Assembly: GCA_002811645.1 (NCBI GenBank)
Contig: PDIP01000014.1
Coordinates: 1-64,000, forward strand
Direction: 5' to 3'
DNA length: 64,000 nucleotides
DNA from: Corallochytrium limacisporum Hawaii
Taxonomy: Eukaryota; Protista; Pluriformea
Both the position numbers and the translations under genes were made by a program. Each line of letters begins with the position of its first letter. The first letter of the stretch is position 1. Positions 1 to 10,411 of the stretch are shown in pieces. The notes beneath the pieces are model-generated. The model saw nothing but the letters and a program-made list of their open reading frames with translations, was not told where the DNA came from and ran no database searches.

Positions 1-162
1 GGGGGGGGTGTCGTGACCGTGTGGACAGATGACTGGCGAGTTGGGAGGGTGGAGAAATATGCTGCAATGTACTACATTTCTTTATATAGGACGTTCAAAT
101 GGGCCTACAGATGGCGATACGATGCCATTGTGAAGAGAGCGGGGAGTGTCATTGATAATGGA

Positions 163-1197
163 TTAGTGCATATAGTACTTATGAGTTCCTCCAGAGCTCA
201 TGTGCTGACCTTCAAATTCGTAGCTGATTGTGAAGTCGAGGTCACGGTGGTTCTTCTCGTTGGGTTTGCACTCGAGAGTACCCGACACGGTCTCCCCTTT
301 GCGGATCGTCAATACCTCGGGCATATAGAATACAGTCTGCTTCCAGTGAGTGTCAGTGTAGTGAGGAGAAGTCGTAAAGAAGATAGGCTTATGGCAATCA
401 TTGAACCAAGTGTCGAAGTACAGGACCCAAGCGTGGATGTAGTCGTTGCGCTTGGCAGTCAGCTTCCACGGAACAGTGAATGATAAATCCTCCTTCTTAA
501 CCTTGTGAATGTCACATTCAAAGATCATGTCTTGGTCAGTGCACACTTGGTTGGAGTCCACGACGTCAACTAAAGGCTCCTGCAGTACCTGCTGCTTCAA
601 TGGCGAATAGTCGAATCCATAGACATTGTCCCACCATTCGATCTTTGATTCCTTATACTCTGCATCCTCAATGGCACTGAAATAGAGGCGACAGCTGCTG
701 GGGTACAAAAGTCCGTCGTCAGCAAGCCACTTGTCACGAGCGTACAGCACAGTATCCAACATGCTTTCATAGAAGAGCGCGTAACCCATCCACTCAGAAA
801 TAATAATATCGACCTTTTCCACTGGGAGCTGAATCTCCTCAACCTTGCCCTGAATAAGGGTTACCTTGTCCTCGAAGCCATTCAAGGAAACAATTTCGCG
901 AGCTTTGGTGATGATACGGGCCATATCAACACCATAGACATGCTTAGCACCGGCCTTGGCAGCAAACATGCAGAGGATACCAGTGCCGCAACCGATATCT
1001 AGGACAACTTTGTCTTTGAACATGTGGGCATTCTGCATGATCGCACGCTGGTAAGTGACGGTGCGCACGCGATCCTTCAACATCTCTTCGTGAATGCCAA
1101 AATGGGAGTATGAATCAAAATAGTAGTCAGCAGCTGAGAGCTGATTAAGCTCCTCCTGCGTCTTCCCACTCCCGGTGGTTCCATTGGTGTCCGCCAT
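163..1197 (-). CDS. PRMT1: Type I protein arginine N-methyltransferase 1
   Basis: [23 protein letters not shown], motif [12 protein letters not shown], double-E loop [16 protein letters not shown] loop (THWKQTVF). First in-frame ATG at 1197 (344 aa); the ORF track start at 1248 is a TTG. Confidence 0.96.
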   Translation of the reverse strand: MADTNGTTGSGKTQEELNQLSAADYYFDSYSHFGIHEEMLKDRVRTVTYQRAIMQNAHMFKDKVVLDIGCGTGILCMFAAKAGAKHVYGVDMARIITKAREIVSLNGFEDKVTLIQGKVEEIQLPVEKVDIIISEWMGYALFYESMLDTVLYARDKWLADDGLLYPSSCRLYFSAIEDAEYKESKIEWWDNVYGFDYSPLKQQVLQEPLVDVVDSNQVCTDQDMIFECDIHKVKKEDLSFTVPWKLTAKRNDYIHAWVLYFDTWFNDCHKPIFFTTSPHYTDTHWKQTVFYMPEVLTIRKGETVSGTLECKPNEKNHRDLDFTISYEFEGQHMSSGGTHKYYMH

Positions 1198-1919
1198 TGT
1201 GATCCTCTGACCGTGTTCTTTCAATAGACGAACAGACAGGGGGTTCAAGACTGTTTTATGTAATCGAAATTATCTTATGAAAGAGGCAAACATAAAATCG
1301 TGTAGAACTCCTCTGTTTCAAATACCACTTCATAAAGAGGCCCTGTGAAACCCACTCCATCGGGACATTCACCGAACGCTGGCGCTGCCTATCGGCAGGA
1401 GGGTTCGGTCGCACGCGGGCTTTGAAGGGGAGGGCCCTTTGCCGCACGTTTTGCCACCGCAATGTCTCCGCGAGTGTTTCAGTATGGGAAACCATTGCTT
1501 CGCAGTTTCCTCTAGTGACATGTTTCACGCGTCGTCCCATACCCTATGCCCGCGAGAAACACGAGAACACATGCGAGGGCTGGCAGGTTTATCCAGAGCA
1601 GATACGAACCTAAACACTTTAGCCGGCAGCCTGCTACCGTATATATTTGCTATACTAGACCGAACAAGGAGCCTTGCAATGGGGACCTGGGAGAGAAATT
1701 CTCAGTAATTCACATAAAGCAGTAGGCCACTATGTGTAGTATTGATTTACTCTGTTATACATACTATGATTGGAATCGTTAGCTGAGCAGCTGATGCATA
1801 GTTTGTGACAGCATGACTTGGTTTGGAGGGGATCAAAGTGCGTGCACAGTTGGACCTCAGTATCATACTCCAAGTGATGCACACACCACCTGCCCCAAAT
1901 GTGTGTCGCACTTTTAGAG

Positions 1920-2720
1920 TTTACTTATGCTGTGCTGCCTTGTAGATTCCCTTCGGGCCTTCGGGGAGCTTGACAGCGGCATCTTTCAATACCGAGTCCT
2001 CATCGAAATGCTGACTCTTGACGTTGGGACCCGGTAGAGCCAATTTTGCTCGCAGCAGCTGGATTGTACAAAGTTTGTTCAGCTCTTACACTGTCTACAC
2101 GTGCCCTGAGATCATTGCCTACGGCAAACGCCTTCTGGGTTTCAGAAGCACCGTCCCAGGGACTTCGAACCATGGCTGCAATGTCCCTTGTCAAGGTCTC
2201 TTCGTTTCTTGAAATTCAACTATTATGGACCGTAGTACTTCATAAGATTCTCAGCATCATACCCATAAGAGCCTTCAGGCTTGTCAGACCATCCACCGAC
2301 CGTTCCCGTTTCAACGTTCACGCAATGGTGGGTTGGGAACACCCATATTGGTTTCCTGTTCGCTGTTCTGTGCACTTTCAAGGTAAGGAGCCGAAAAGCG
2401 TGTTTCCGAAGTGGTATTAAATATATGGCACCTTGGGTATTTGGTGTTTCTGTGTGCACGAGCGTGAAGAAGATGAACGTTTCAGTCCGAGAAGGGGTTT
2501 GCGGGCACTGAATTGTTATCGACAGCTGTTCTAGTTGAAAGCTATGTACAAGGAAGCCGAGTCTTGACCGCGCAACAGAAATGGAAGGCAGCGGGTTTGT
2601 AGCTTACGAAAAGCCTCCTTAAATGTGTACCTGTGCGTGCAAATCGGAAACCAGCCCATGATGCTGCACATGATGGCCCCTACTCTCCGCATCGCCGCGG
2701 TCGACATATGGAGCAATCGA
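1920..2720 (-). pseudogene. Possible decayed coding sequence, product unidentified
   Basis: Protein-like segments in different minus frames broken by stops/frameshifts (...WVFPTHHCVNVETGTVGGWSDKPEGSYGYDAENLMKYYGP**; TRDIAAMVRSPWDGASETQKAF; ...QHFDEDSVLKDAAVKLPEGPKGIYKAAQHK*). No family recognised. Confidence 0.25.
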
Positions 2721-3386
2721 TAGGTTCATAGCCATGCTGTAGTTCGGTTGGGATGAAGTATTGCTGATGGGTGGCTCTACATGAACCTTATCCCGAGAGA
2801 CGTCATGGAAAGATGGCCCACAAAGGCTACGGCGACTGATAGTGTTACGTTGCTAAGGGCCTCAGCGCATCCAGGTTGTCCACTCATCCGCCAAAACTCC
2901 TTCACTCTATAAAGACTTTGGCGAAATTGAAGAGTTCACGGGAGTGGCTATTTTGATTCATTTGTATTCTTAAAATATGTCTGAGCACGCCTCTTGGGTC
3001 CTGCACAAGTATTATAGTAAGTATTGTTATACGCAACCCTACAAGCCGCCTGCCACGAAATGCAGGCTTAGTGGTATATAGATTGAGTACCAAATTTGGT
3101 GAGGTTTCGGCGCAATGAATACCTATGCGCGTCGGTAGAACATATCCCGGATGAGCGAGGCTCATTGTCCTTTAAGCCATTGCCGGCAGGTGACGTGTAA
3201 GGGACAAGAGCTCCAGCATATCCAACAGTACACGGAACCTGGTCTGGCTGAGGAAAATGACATTGACACTCTTCAACAGTTCTTCAAAGAGTGTGCCCCT
3301 GCTACGTGAAGGTGGACGCCATAGATGTGCTTCACTTGTATTCAATATTAAGCCAATCGTAGGTGCCATGCAGCTCCAGTTCCAAA

Positions 3387-4391
3387 ATGCTAAACGGAGT
3401 CAGTGCATTCGTTGGTATTATATTGGTTGGTTCAATAGCTTTCCTATTGCCGTTCCTTTCTGCTGCTCTTGTCCAGATCGATGAGGGCTTTCTTGGGGTC
3501 TACTATATTGGTGGCGCTCTTCAGGACTACGTCTCAGGCCCTGGCTATCACTTCATGGTACCGTACTTGACTGATATGGTGCCGATTCAAACTACAATCC
3601 AAACTGATGAAGTCAAAAACGTGCCTTGTGGTACGAGCGGCGGGGTTATGGTGTACTTTGACAAGGTAGAAGTCGTGAATCGCCTCAAACCAGAGGCAGT
3701 TTTGGAAACAGTTCGAAACTACGGAGTGAACTATGATCACACCTTGATCTATGACAAGGTGCACCATGAAATCAATCAGTTCTGTAGCTCGCACACACTG
3801 CAAGAGATCTACATTGACCAATTCGATCAAATCGATGAGAACCTCATTGAGGCGCTCCAGGCAGGATGCAATCGATGGGTTCCTGGCCTTGACGTTATCA
3901 GCGTAAGAGTTACAAAGCCCAGGATCCCGGACAACATCAAGAAGCAATATGAGTTGATGGAGGAGGAAAAGACCAAGCTGCTGGTCGCCGAGCAGACCAA
4001 GAGGCTGGTAGAAAAGGAGGCTGAGACGGAACGTAGACGAGCCATTATTGCTGCACAAAAAGAAGCTGAGATCAGTCGCATCAATTTCGAGATGCAAATT
4101 GCGGAAAGGGAAAGCATCAAGACCATGCAGCAGATTGAGGATGAGGCTGAGCTAGCAAGACAGCGAGCAAAAGCCGACGCTGAGTACTATGCTGCTGAGC
4201 TGGAAGCAAGGGGAAATGCTATGAAATTGACTGCAGAGTATCTTGAATTGATGAAGTACAAGAGCCTTGCCAGCAATGCCAAGCTGTTCTTTGGGTCAAA
4301 CCTACCCGAATACTTCGGAAACCTCTCCTTAGGCCCAATCCCATCCACATCAAACATGACTGACGTCTCTGGCCCCAACAACCCTGTATAG
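3387..4391 (+). CDS. ERLIN: Erlin (SPFH/prohibitin-domain ER membrane protein)
   Basis: N-terminal hydrophobic anchor, then QTTIQTDEVKNVPCGTSGGVMVYFDKVEVVN, YDKVHHEINQFCSSHTLQEIYIDQFDQIDENL, VRVTKPRIP, and coiled coil EKEAETERRRAII. First in-frame ATG at 3387. Confidence 0.95.
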   Translation: MLNGVSAFVGIILVGSIAFLLPFLSAALVQIDEGFLGVYYIGGALQDYVSGPGYHFMVPYLTDMVPIQTTIQTDEVKNVPCGTSGGVMVYFDKVEVVNRLKPEAVLETVRNYGVNYDHTLIYDKVHHEINQFCSSHTLQEIYIDQFDQIDENLIEALQAGCNRWVPGLDVISVRVTKPRIPDNIKKQYELMEEEKTKLLVAEQTKRLVEKEAETERRRAIIAAQKEAEISRINFEMQIAERESIKTMQQIEDEAELARQRAKADAEYYAAELEARGNAMKLTAEYLELMKYKSLASNAKLFFGSNLPEYFGNLSLGPIPSTSNMTDVSGPNNPV

Positions 4392-4833
4392 GCTGTGAGT
4401 TACGGATTGAAAATACATACCCATACCATCCCTACAGGCAATTCAATCTCGAGCATACGCACTACAGCCCTATTGCGAAGATTCCGTTCGCGTCGCCTTC
4501 CAGCGAGTGCGGGATTGCAAAACAAAAAATTAACCCTTTGCGCGGGCGACGGAAGAGGAACCCCACGCAAGAAAAGCCAAAACAAAAGATAACTATATTC
4601 AATGTATGAGTGACACATTGGATGAGAACCCATTGGGACGGGGAAAACGGAACAACTTCCCCACGAACTGACCCGCATTTTGAAGTGGGCTGGGCGGGTC
4701 TCAGAGGAGATGAGAGTCACAATGGCTTCAAAACTGGGAGTTTGTGGTACTTAGTGAGGAGTAACTCTTTCAAAATAGATCACCCACCTTGTAGTACTAT
4801 CTGGCTGTACAATACAAGGGACAAGAGTGCAGG

Positions 4834-7800
4834 ATGCCAACTAAGAAACAAACAAAGAAGCCGCCCCCATTGGTTCGCCGGCGATCATTGTCGTGGAAGC
4901 CGGATCCGGGTACGCAGGAGAATGACATCGTTGTCGTTGAACTGTTCGAGGACTCAGGATTCTTTGAAACTCAACATTTTCGTCTGTACAAGAATGACAC
5001 CCTCCGATTCAGACTCGCACCCCAGCTTCAAGGGCACGCTGTGAAAGTCGAAACCAACTATCCCCTTTCAGGGGAGCCCTTCGACCGCGAGGCCTTTCGT
5101 ATCATTGACTGGGACTACTTGTCTGTCTATGGAAAAACATTTGACACGGGTGATCGGCAGTCTGATCTAGAACTATGGTGTGACGGTGCCTTTGAATTCC
5201 AGTTCTCCTGGAGCGATGATGGAAAGGCTAAAATGATCCATTGTTACTTTATGGTAGAGCCGCTGCTTAAGAATGCTCAAGGTGGAATTGTTCCCCTGGA
5301 CTCTATTTCCATTCAAACCGTTATTTCCAAGCTTCTAGGTCCGGTCACGGAATGGAAAGACCGTCTTGAGGCTTCTGTGCAAGCGGGCTACAATATGATA
5401 CACTTCACACCAGTACAAGAGCTTGGGGCTTCGGGTTCTGCGTATAGCTTAGCTGATCAAACCAGCCTCGAACCCCGCATCTTTGGTGAAAATAAGGGGA
5501 AGCATTACACTCTGCTGGAGAATGCTTTGGGCTATCTAGAAGAGAATGGGGTACTGGCTATTGTTGACATGGTGTGGAATCACACAGCGGATAACAGCAC
5601 ATGGCTGCTAGATCACCCGGAAGCTGGCTATAATCTAGAGAACAGTCCCCATCTTCTGCCAGCTTATGCGATAGATGAAGCCATCGGTCGCTTTAGTCGT
5701 GACATCGGTGATGAGATATATGACGACATCAAACCAGCGGTCACTCATTGGCAGGACATCGAACGGATCAAAGAGAAAATGAGAGATATCGTCTTACCCG
5801 GACTCAAACTTTGGGAGTTCTTCGTTATCGACGTTGATTCGTGCTTGGATGAGTTCATGACCATCCGGAAAAAGTCCAGTAAACAACAAAATGGTACTGT
5901 GGAGGGTGATGTTTACATTGTCCGAAGAAATTACCAGCGAAACAGTGCCACCATCAACATGGAAGTAGCAATTTCGACGTATGCTCAGCTTTCAGATGAA
6001 GAAGCGGAAGCAGCACTCAGGCAGAAGATCGAGGAACTCAATCTCATTGAGTACCAGCGAAGCAACTCCATCTGCGAAAGTGTAGTCGATAGCCTCGGGG
6101 GAACAATGTCCTGGGAGCGACTTGATCCCAATGGTCCTAAACGCGGGTCTATCTCCAGAGCATGCCCCCTCGCTCCTGTGTACTTTACTCGTTTATCTAA
6201 CTCAAAGTACGACAACGCACCGGACAGTGATGTGGTCAAGGGCATAAACGGACGGTATATCCTTGCCAACAATGGATGGGTTATGAATATTGATCCGTTG
6301 CGAGACTTTGCTTCCAAGGACTTCGAAGTCTATGTGCGTCGTGAGGTTATTATTTGGGGGGATTGTGTGAAGCTGCGTTACGGAAAATGTCGGGGCGACA
6401 ACCCATGGCTATGGGACCACATGGCTCAGTACACAGTAGACATGGCAAAGCGATTCAACGGGTTTCGCATCGACAATTGTCACTCGACACCGCTGCCTCT
6501 GGCTGAGTACATGCTAGACAAAGCTCGCAATGTTCGGACCGATTTGTACGTCATGGCAGAGCTGTTCACGGGCAGCGAACAGACGGACAACAGATTTGTC
6601 AATCGCCTTGGGCTGGCCTCGTTAATCAGAGAAGCAATGCAAGTACCAAATTGCCGGGAACTTGGTCGCGTGGTCCACCGCTATGGAGGCAAACCTCTGG
6701 GATCATTTATGACCCCTTCACCCCGCACCTTTAAGCCATCAATCGCTCATGCCTTGTTCATGGATTGTACCCACGACAACCAGACCCCGTTTCAGAAAAG
6801 AAGTGTACTAGACTACCTGCCCAACGCGGCGGTCAGCGCCATGATTTGCTGCGCATACGGATCCACGAGAGGCTATGATGAACTGACTGCTAAGAACCCA
6901 GAAGTTGTTCAGGAATGGCGGTCCTACATGTCATGGGGTAAGCAGGCAAAGCAAATGTCTATGCATACGGGTATCGTTAGAGCTCGAAAGGTCTTGAATG
7001 ACTTACATGTTTTGATGGGCAAGCGAGGTTTTTCGACCATATATATCGATCAAATGACTGATGAAGTTCTTACGGTCACTCGCCAGTCAGTAGATACCCA
7101 TGAGAGCTACTTATTATATATCAAATCTGCCTTCTCCCGCGAACACACTCAGGATGACGGCCATGCCCCGGACCTCTTCATCCCTGGAAAGGTGGTAGGT
7201 ATCGAGCTCGAGGGTCGGATCAATCCGGATCCGGATAGGGAATTTGTGGAGGATCAAGATGTCTTGCTTGGTTTGCATCACGGAGCTTATATTGCGGAGA
7301 ACATTCAGATCACAGAATCGAGGTATTGTACAGCTGAACCAGCGGGACAGCAGACCAAGATCTGGTTTCAGGACTTCCAACCGGGCACGATCGTTCTCTT
7401 TAGAATCGAGTTGAACACGCCGCTTGAAGATCTCGAGGCCATGCACAACTACATGCACCTAACCAAGGTATCAGGAGGTCGTGGCTTACGGTACTCTAAC
7501 CAGTGTCCCACTGGACTGGCCTTGGCACTCAAGGATATCCCTTATACGGGCTTGAATCGCTTGTTGTATCGTTGTGCAGAAGAAGAAGGATCAGGTCCCT
7601 GCGCCGGGGGTGCCTATGACATTCCCGGTGATGGGCCTGTGATCTATTGTGGTTTGGAGGGCCTTGAATCACGCATGCAACCCATTAGAGAAGAAAACAA
7701 TCTTGGGCATGCTCTCTGCGCCAATATCCGAGATGGTCCATGGCTGATGGACTGGGTCGTGAGTCGCCTATGTGGTGTCAATGAGACCCGCAAGATTGGT

Positions 7801-9438
7801 GAGTGGATAGGAGAGGGCATTCGGCAGATCAAGCTATTGCCTTCGTATCTTCATCCTGCGTATTTTGATAGCCTTCTCCGCATTGCCTACGCCGAGACTG
7901 TGTCCCAAGTCTACAGTCGCATGCCGAATTACGTTGCCGAAGGCGATGCTTTCTCACAACGCTTGGCGCTAACCTCCGTTCAACTATACGGAGAAGTCCA
8001 AGGTGCTGAATTGATGAAGGCCCAAATTCAGGCGAAGGTTGGGAACAAGCCAGTCCTTAATGGTTCGATCGCGGCGGGTCTCTCACACTTCAGCACCGGA
8101 TATATGCGATGCTGGGGACGTGACACATTTATTTGTTTGCGCGGCCTGTTCCTGGTCACTGGTCGCTCGGACGAAGCCAAGGACACTATATTGGCTTTTG
8201 CCTCTTGTCTTCGGCATGGCTTGATCCCCAATTTGCTGGATGGCTGTGAGAACCCGCGCTTCAATTGTCGAGATGCAGTGTGGTGGTGGATGCAAGCGAT
8301 CCAGGACTACTGCACATTAGTTGAAGGGGGCGAACACATTTTGAAGGAGAAGGTGACCCGCTTGTTCCCTACCGATGACCAAGATGAGTGTAACGAGTGG
8401 AGTGGGGAACTGCCGGTGATGAGTCTCAGCGAAGTGATGCAAGAAGCACTGCAGAAACATGCCTGGGGCATTTCTTTCCGCGAATGGAACGCTGGGACTA
8501 CCATCGACGATCGCATGACTGACAAGGGATTTAAAGTTGATGTCCGCTTCGAGGAAGAAACAGGCATGGTCTACGGCGGCAATGACATGAATTGTGGTAC
8601 TTGGATGGATAAGCTGGGTGAAAGTACCCGTGCTGGCAACAGAGGCATTCCAGCAACCCCGCGTGATGGAGCGGACGTAGAGATTATTGGACTGCTGAAG
8701 AGTACAACCCGATGGTTAGCTCAGATGAGTGCCAAGCGAATGTACCCATTTGATGGAGTCACTATTGGCAGTGGATCGACCAAACTGTCCTTCAAGGAAT
8801 GGGACAGCAAGCTCCAGAAGTCTTTCGAGCATAAGTTCTATGTCCCAGAAAACGACAAGGATGACCACCGCTACGATGTACAGACTGATCTTGTTCACCG
8901 TCGCGGCATATATAAGGACACTGTCGGATCCCACAGTGGCTACACCGATTACCAACTCCGGCCCAATTTCTTTGTGGCCATGGCCGTGGCTCCCGAAATG
9001 TTTGACCATGATCATGCTCGTCGTGCCTTGGCCATCGGCGCCGGTGAGCTGTTGGGCCCACTTGGGGTGAAGACCCTTGACAGCCGTGACTGGAAATACC
9101 GCGGAAACTATGAGAATAGCATCGATTCTGATGAATATGAATCCTCGAAGGGCTTTAACTATCACCAAGGTCCAGAATGGCTCTGGCCCTTGGGCTACTA
9201 TCTTCGTGCTCTGCTCATCTTTGATGGCAAGAACGACCTGAAGCGGACCGTGAGCCGGATCGAGAGGCTGACGGCGAACCACAAGAATCATATTCGTCGG
9301 GATCCTTGGCGTGGTCTACCGGAACTGACCAATGCCAATGGTGCCTACTGTGCCGAAAGTTGCACTACCCAAGCCTGGAGTATGGCAACTCTCCTGGATA
9401 CCCTGTATGACATCGTGCAGCGGAGTTCCGGAGGGTGA
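4834..9438 (+). CDS. AGL: Glycogen debranching enzyme (4-alpha-glucanotransferase / amylo-1,6-glucosidase)
   Basis: 1534 aa intronless ORF. GYNMIHFTPVQE, DMVWNHT, GFRIDNCHSTP, FMDCTHDN, CWGRDTFI, GTWMDK, YHQGPEWLW, GLPELTN, QAWS. Confidence 0.97.
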   Translation: MPTKKQTKKPPPLVRRRSLSWKPDPGTQENDIVVVELFEDSGFFETQHFRLYKNDTLRFRLAPQLQGHAVKVETNYPLSGEPFDREAFRIIDWDYLSVYGKTFDTGDRQSDLELWCDGAFEFQFSWSDDGKAKMIHCYFMVEPLLKNAQGGIVPLDSISIQTVISKLLGPVTEWKDRLEASVQAGYNMIHFTPVQELGASGSAYSLADQTSLEPRIFGENKGKHYTLLENALGYLEENGVLAIVDMVWNHTADNSTWLLDHPEAGYNLENSPHLLPAYAIDEAIGRFSRDIGDEIYDDIKPAVTHWQDIERIKEKMRDIVLPGLKLWEFFVIDVDSCLDEFMTIRKKSSKQQNGTVEGDVYIVRRNYQRNSATINMEVAISTYAQLSDEEAEAALRQKIEELNLIEYQRSNSICESVVDSLGGTMSWERLDPNGPKRGSISRACPLAPVYFTRLSNSKYDNAPDSDVVKGINGRYILANNGWVMNIDPLRDFASKDFEVYVRREVIIWGDCVKLRYGKCRGDNPWLWDHMAQYTVDMAKRFNGFRIDNCHSTPLPLAEYMLDKARNVRTDLYVMAELFTGSEQTDNRFVNRLGLASLIREAMQVPNCRELGRVVHRYGGKPLGSFMTPSPRTFKPSIAHALFMDCTHDNQTPFQKRSVLDYLPNAAVSAMICCAYGSTRGYDELTAKNPEVVQEWRSYMSWGKQAKQMSMHTGIVRARKVLNDLHVLMGKRGFSTIYIDQMTDEVLTVTRQSVDTHESYLLYIKSAFSREHTQDDGHAPDLFIPGKVVGIELEGRINPDPDREFVEDQDVLLGLHHGAYIAENIQITESRYCTAEPAGQQTKIWFQDFQPGTIVLFRIELNTPLEDLEAMHNYMHLTKVSGGRGLRYSNQCPTGLALALKDIPYTGLNRLLYRCAEEEGSGPCAGGAYDIPGDGPVIYCGLEGLESRMQPIREENNLGHALCANIRDGPWLMDWVVSRLCGVNETRKIGEWIGEGIRQIKLLPSYLHPAYFDSLLRIAYAETVSQVYSRMPNYVAEGDAFSQRLALTSVQLYGEVQGAELMKAQIQAKVGNKPVLNGSIAAGLSHFSTGYMRCWGRDTFICLRGLFLVTGRSDEAKDTILAFASCLRHGLIPNLLDGCENPRFNCRDAVWWWMQAIQDYCTLVEGGEHILKEKVTRLFPTDDQDECNEWSGELPVMSLSEVMQEALQKHAWGISFREWNAGTTIDDRMTDKGFKVDVRFEEETGMVYGGNDMNCGTWMDKLGESTRAGNRGIPATPRDGADVEIIGLLKSTTRWLAQMSAKRMYPFDGVTIGSGSTKLSFKEWDSKLQKSFEHKFYVPENDKDDHRYDVQTDLVHRRGIYKDTVGSHSGYTDYQLRPNFFVAMAVAPEMFDHDHARRALAIGAGELLGPLGVKTLDSRDWKYRGNYENSIDSDEYESSKGFNYHQGPEWLWPLGYYLRALLIFDGKNDLKRTVSRIERLTANHKNHIRRDPWRGLPELTNANGAYCAESCTTQAWSMATLLDTLYDIVQRSSGG

Positions 9439-9503
9439 TCTACATCCAGGTCCAGGGATTTAGTTGTAGTTAAATGCTTTGAGTACTAGTCTATGATAGT
9501 ATG

Positions 9504-10019
9504 CTACATTTTGTACGGCTTGGCCGGGTTGATCCCGATGATGATGCGGCCGTCGTCCATGACTTTACAAATGTGTTTCCGTTGCCGATATCCCTTGCTA
9601 CGAGTCTTCTGGTCCATGTCTAAGTACATTCCTTCACCTCTTTCCATGCTGATGATGTAGTGGTGCCACGGGCACACCAAGCATGCGTGATGCTTTCCAT
9701 CTGCATCCTCTATGTCCTGAATGTCAGCTTCTTCGAGTGGCCCGCCCGCATCTGTTAAAAAAAAAGAGAAAAGTCAATCCAGAAATTAGTGCGAGGTTAG
9801 CATTGACTCTTTCGTAGCCCAGCTTCCACTGACAACAGAATACTTACGATAGCACACAGAGTCCAGGCAGTGATACTCGCCTTTATACATGACCACAATC
9901 ACCATCTCTCCCAGCAAGACTTTCTTGACTGGTTTTCCTTCTACGAGTTCCGAAGTTTGACCGAAGAAAGCCCAATTTTCCACCTCCGATTCGTCCGGAG
10001 TCCCGAGCGACTCGTCCAT
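9504..10019 (-). CDS. RFESD: Rieske [2Fe-2S] domain protein (RFESD-like), two exons: 10019-9848 and 9751-9504, 139 aa
   Basis: Splicing a 96-nt GT-AG intron gives ...HCLDSVCYHAGGPL...HACLVCPWHHYIISMERGEGMY...SKGYRQRKH..., restoring both Rieske motifs (CxH and CxxH). Exon lengths 172+248=420 nt, in frame to TAG at 9504-9506. Confidence 0.92.
9752..9847 (-). other. Spliceosomal U2-type intron (96 nt, phase 1)
   Basis: Donor C|GTAAGT, branch-like GCTAAC and CACTAAT, polypyrimidine TTTTCTCTTTTTTTTT, acceptor AACAG|AT. Confidence 0.92.
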
Positions 10020-10411
10020 GTTCTAGAATTCAAAAGGTATGGTCCGAACGCGTTCGGACAGGCTGCTCTCAGGATTCGATCAGAGCTCTCCCATATCCTT
10101 TGAAATATGAATGTTTTGGATGATTTCGCCAGTGAGAATTAACACTATTTCTGAGTTCGAAGAGTTTGTGATATAGCTGAATTAGTGCTGGCAAACTGTC
10201 CAGGTCGGCAACGCACACCTGGAGCCAAGCCCATGGGGACAAAAATTTTGAGCTTCCCCATCCGTTCAGTACCGCACGGACACGTCGCTCTGTCACACAG
10301 GACCACTCAGTAACGCAGCCACAGCGGATGGCTGCTATCGTGGGTCAGCCACGAAGGTATACCAAGGTCTGGGAGTTGAATTGTTGAACCATTCTGTTGA
10401 CACACTAAGAA

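Noticed and set aside
1948-1967. Two tandem C-UUCG-G tetraloop-like hairpins
   Set aside because: Stems are only 2-3 bp with no surrounding RNA structure; compatible with chance.
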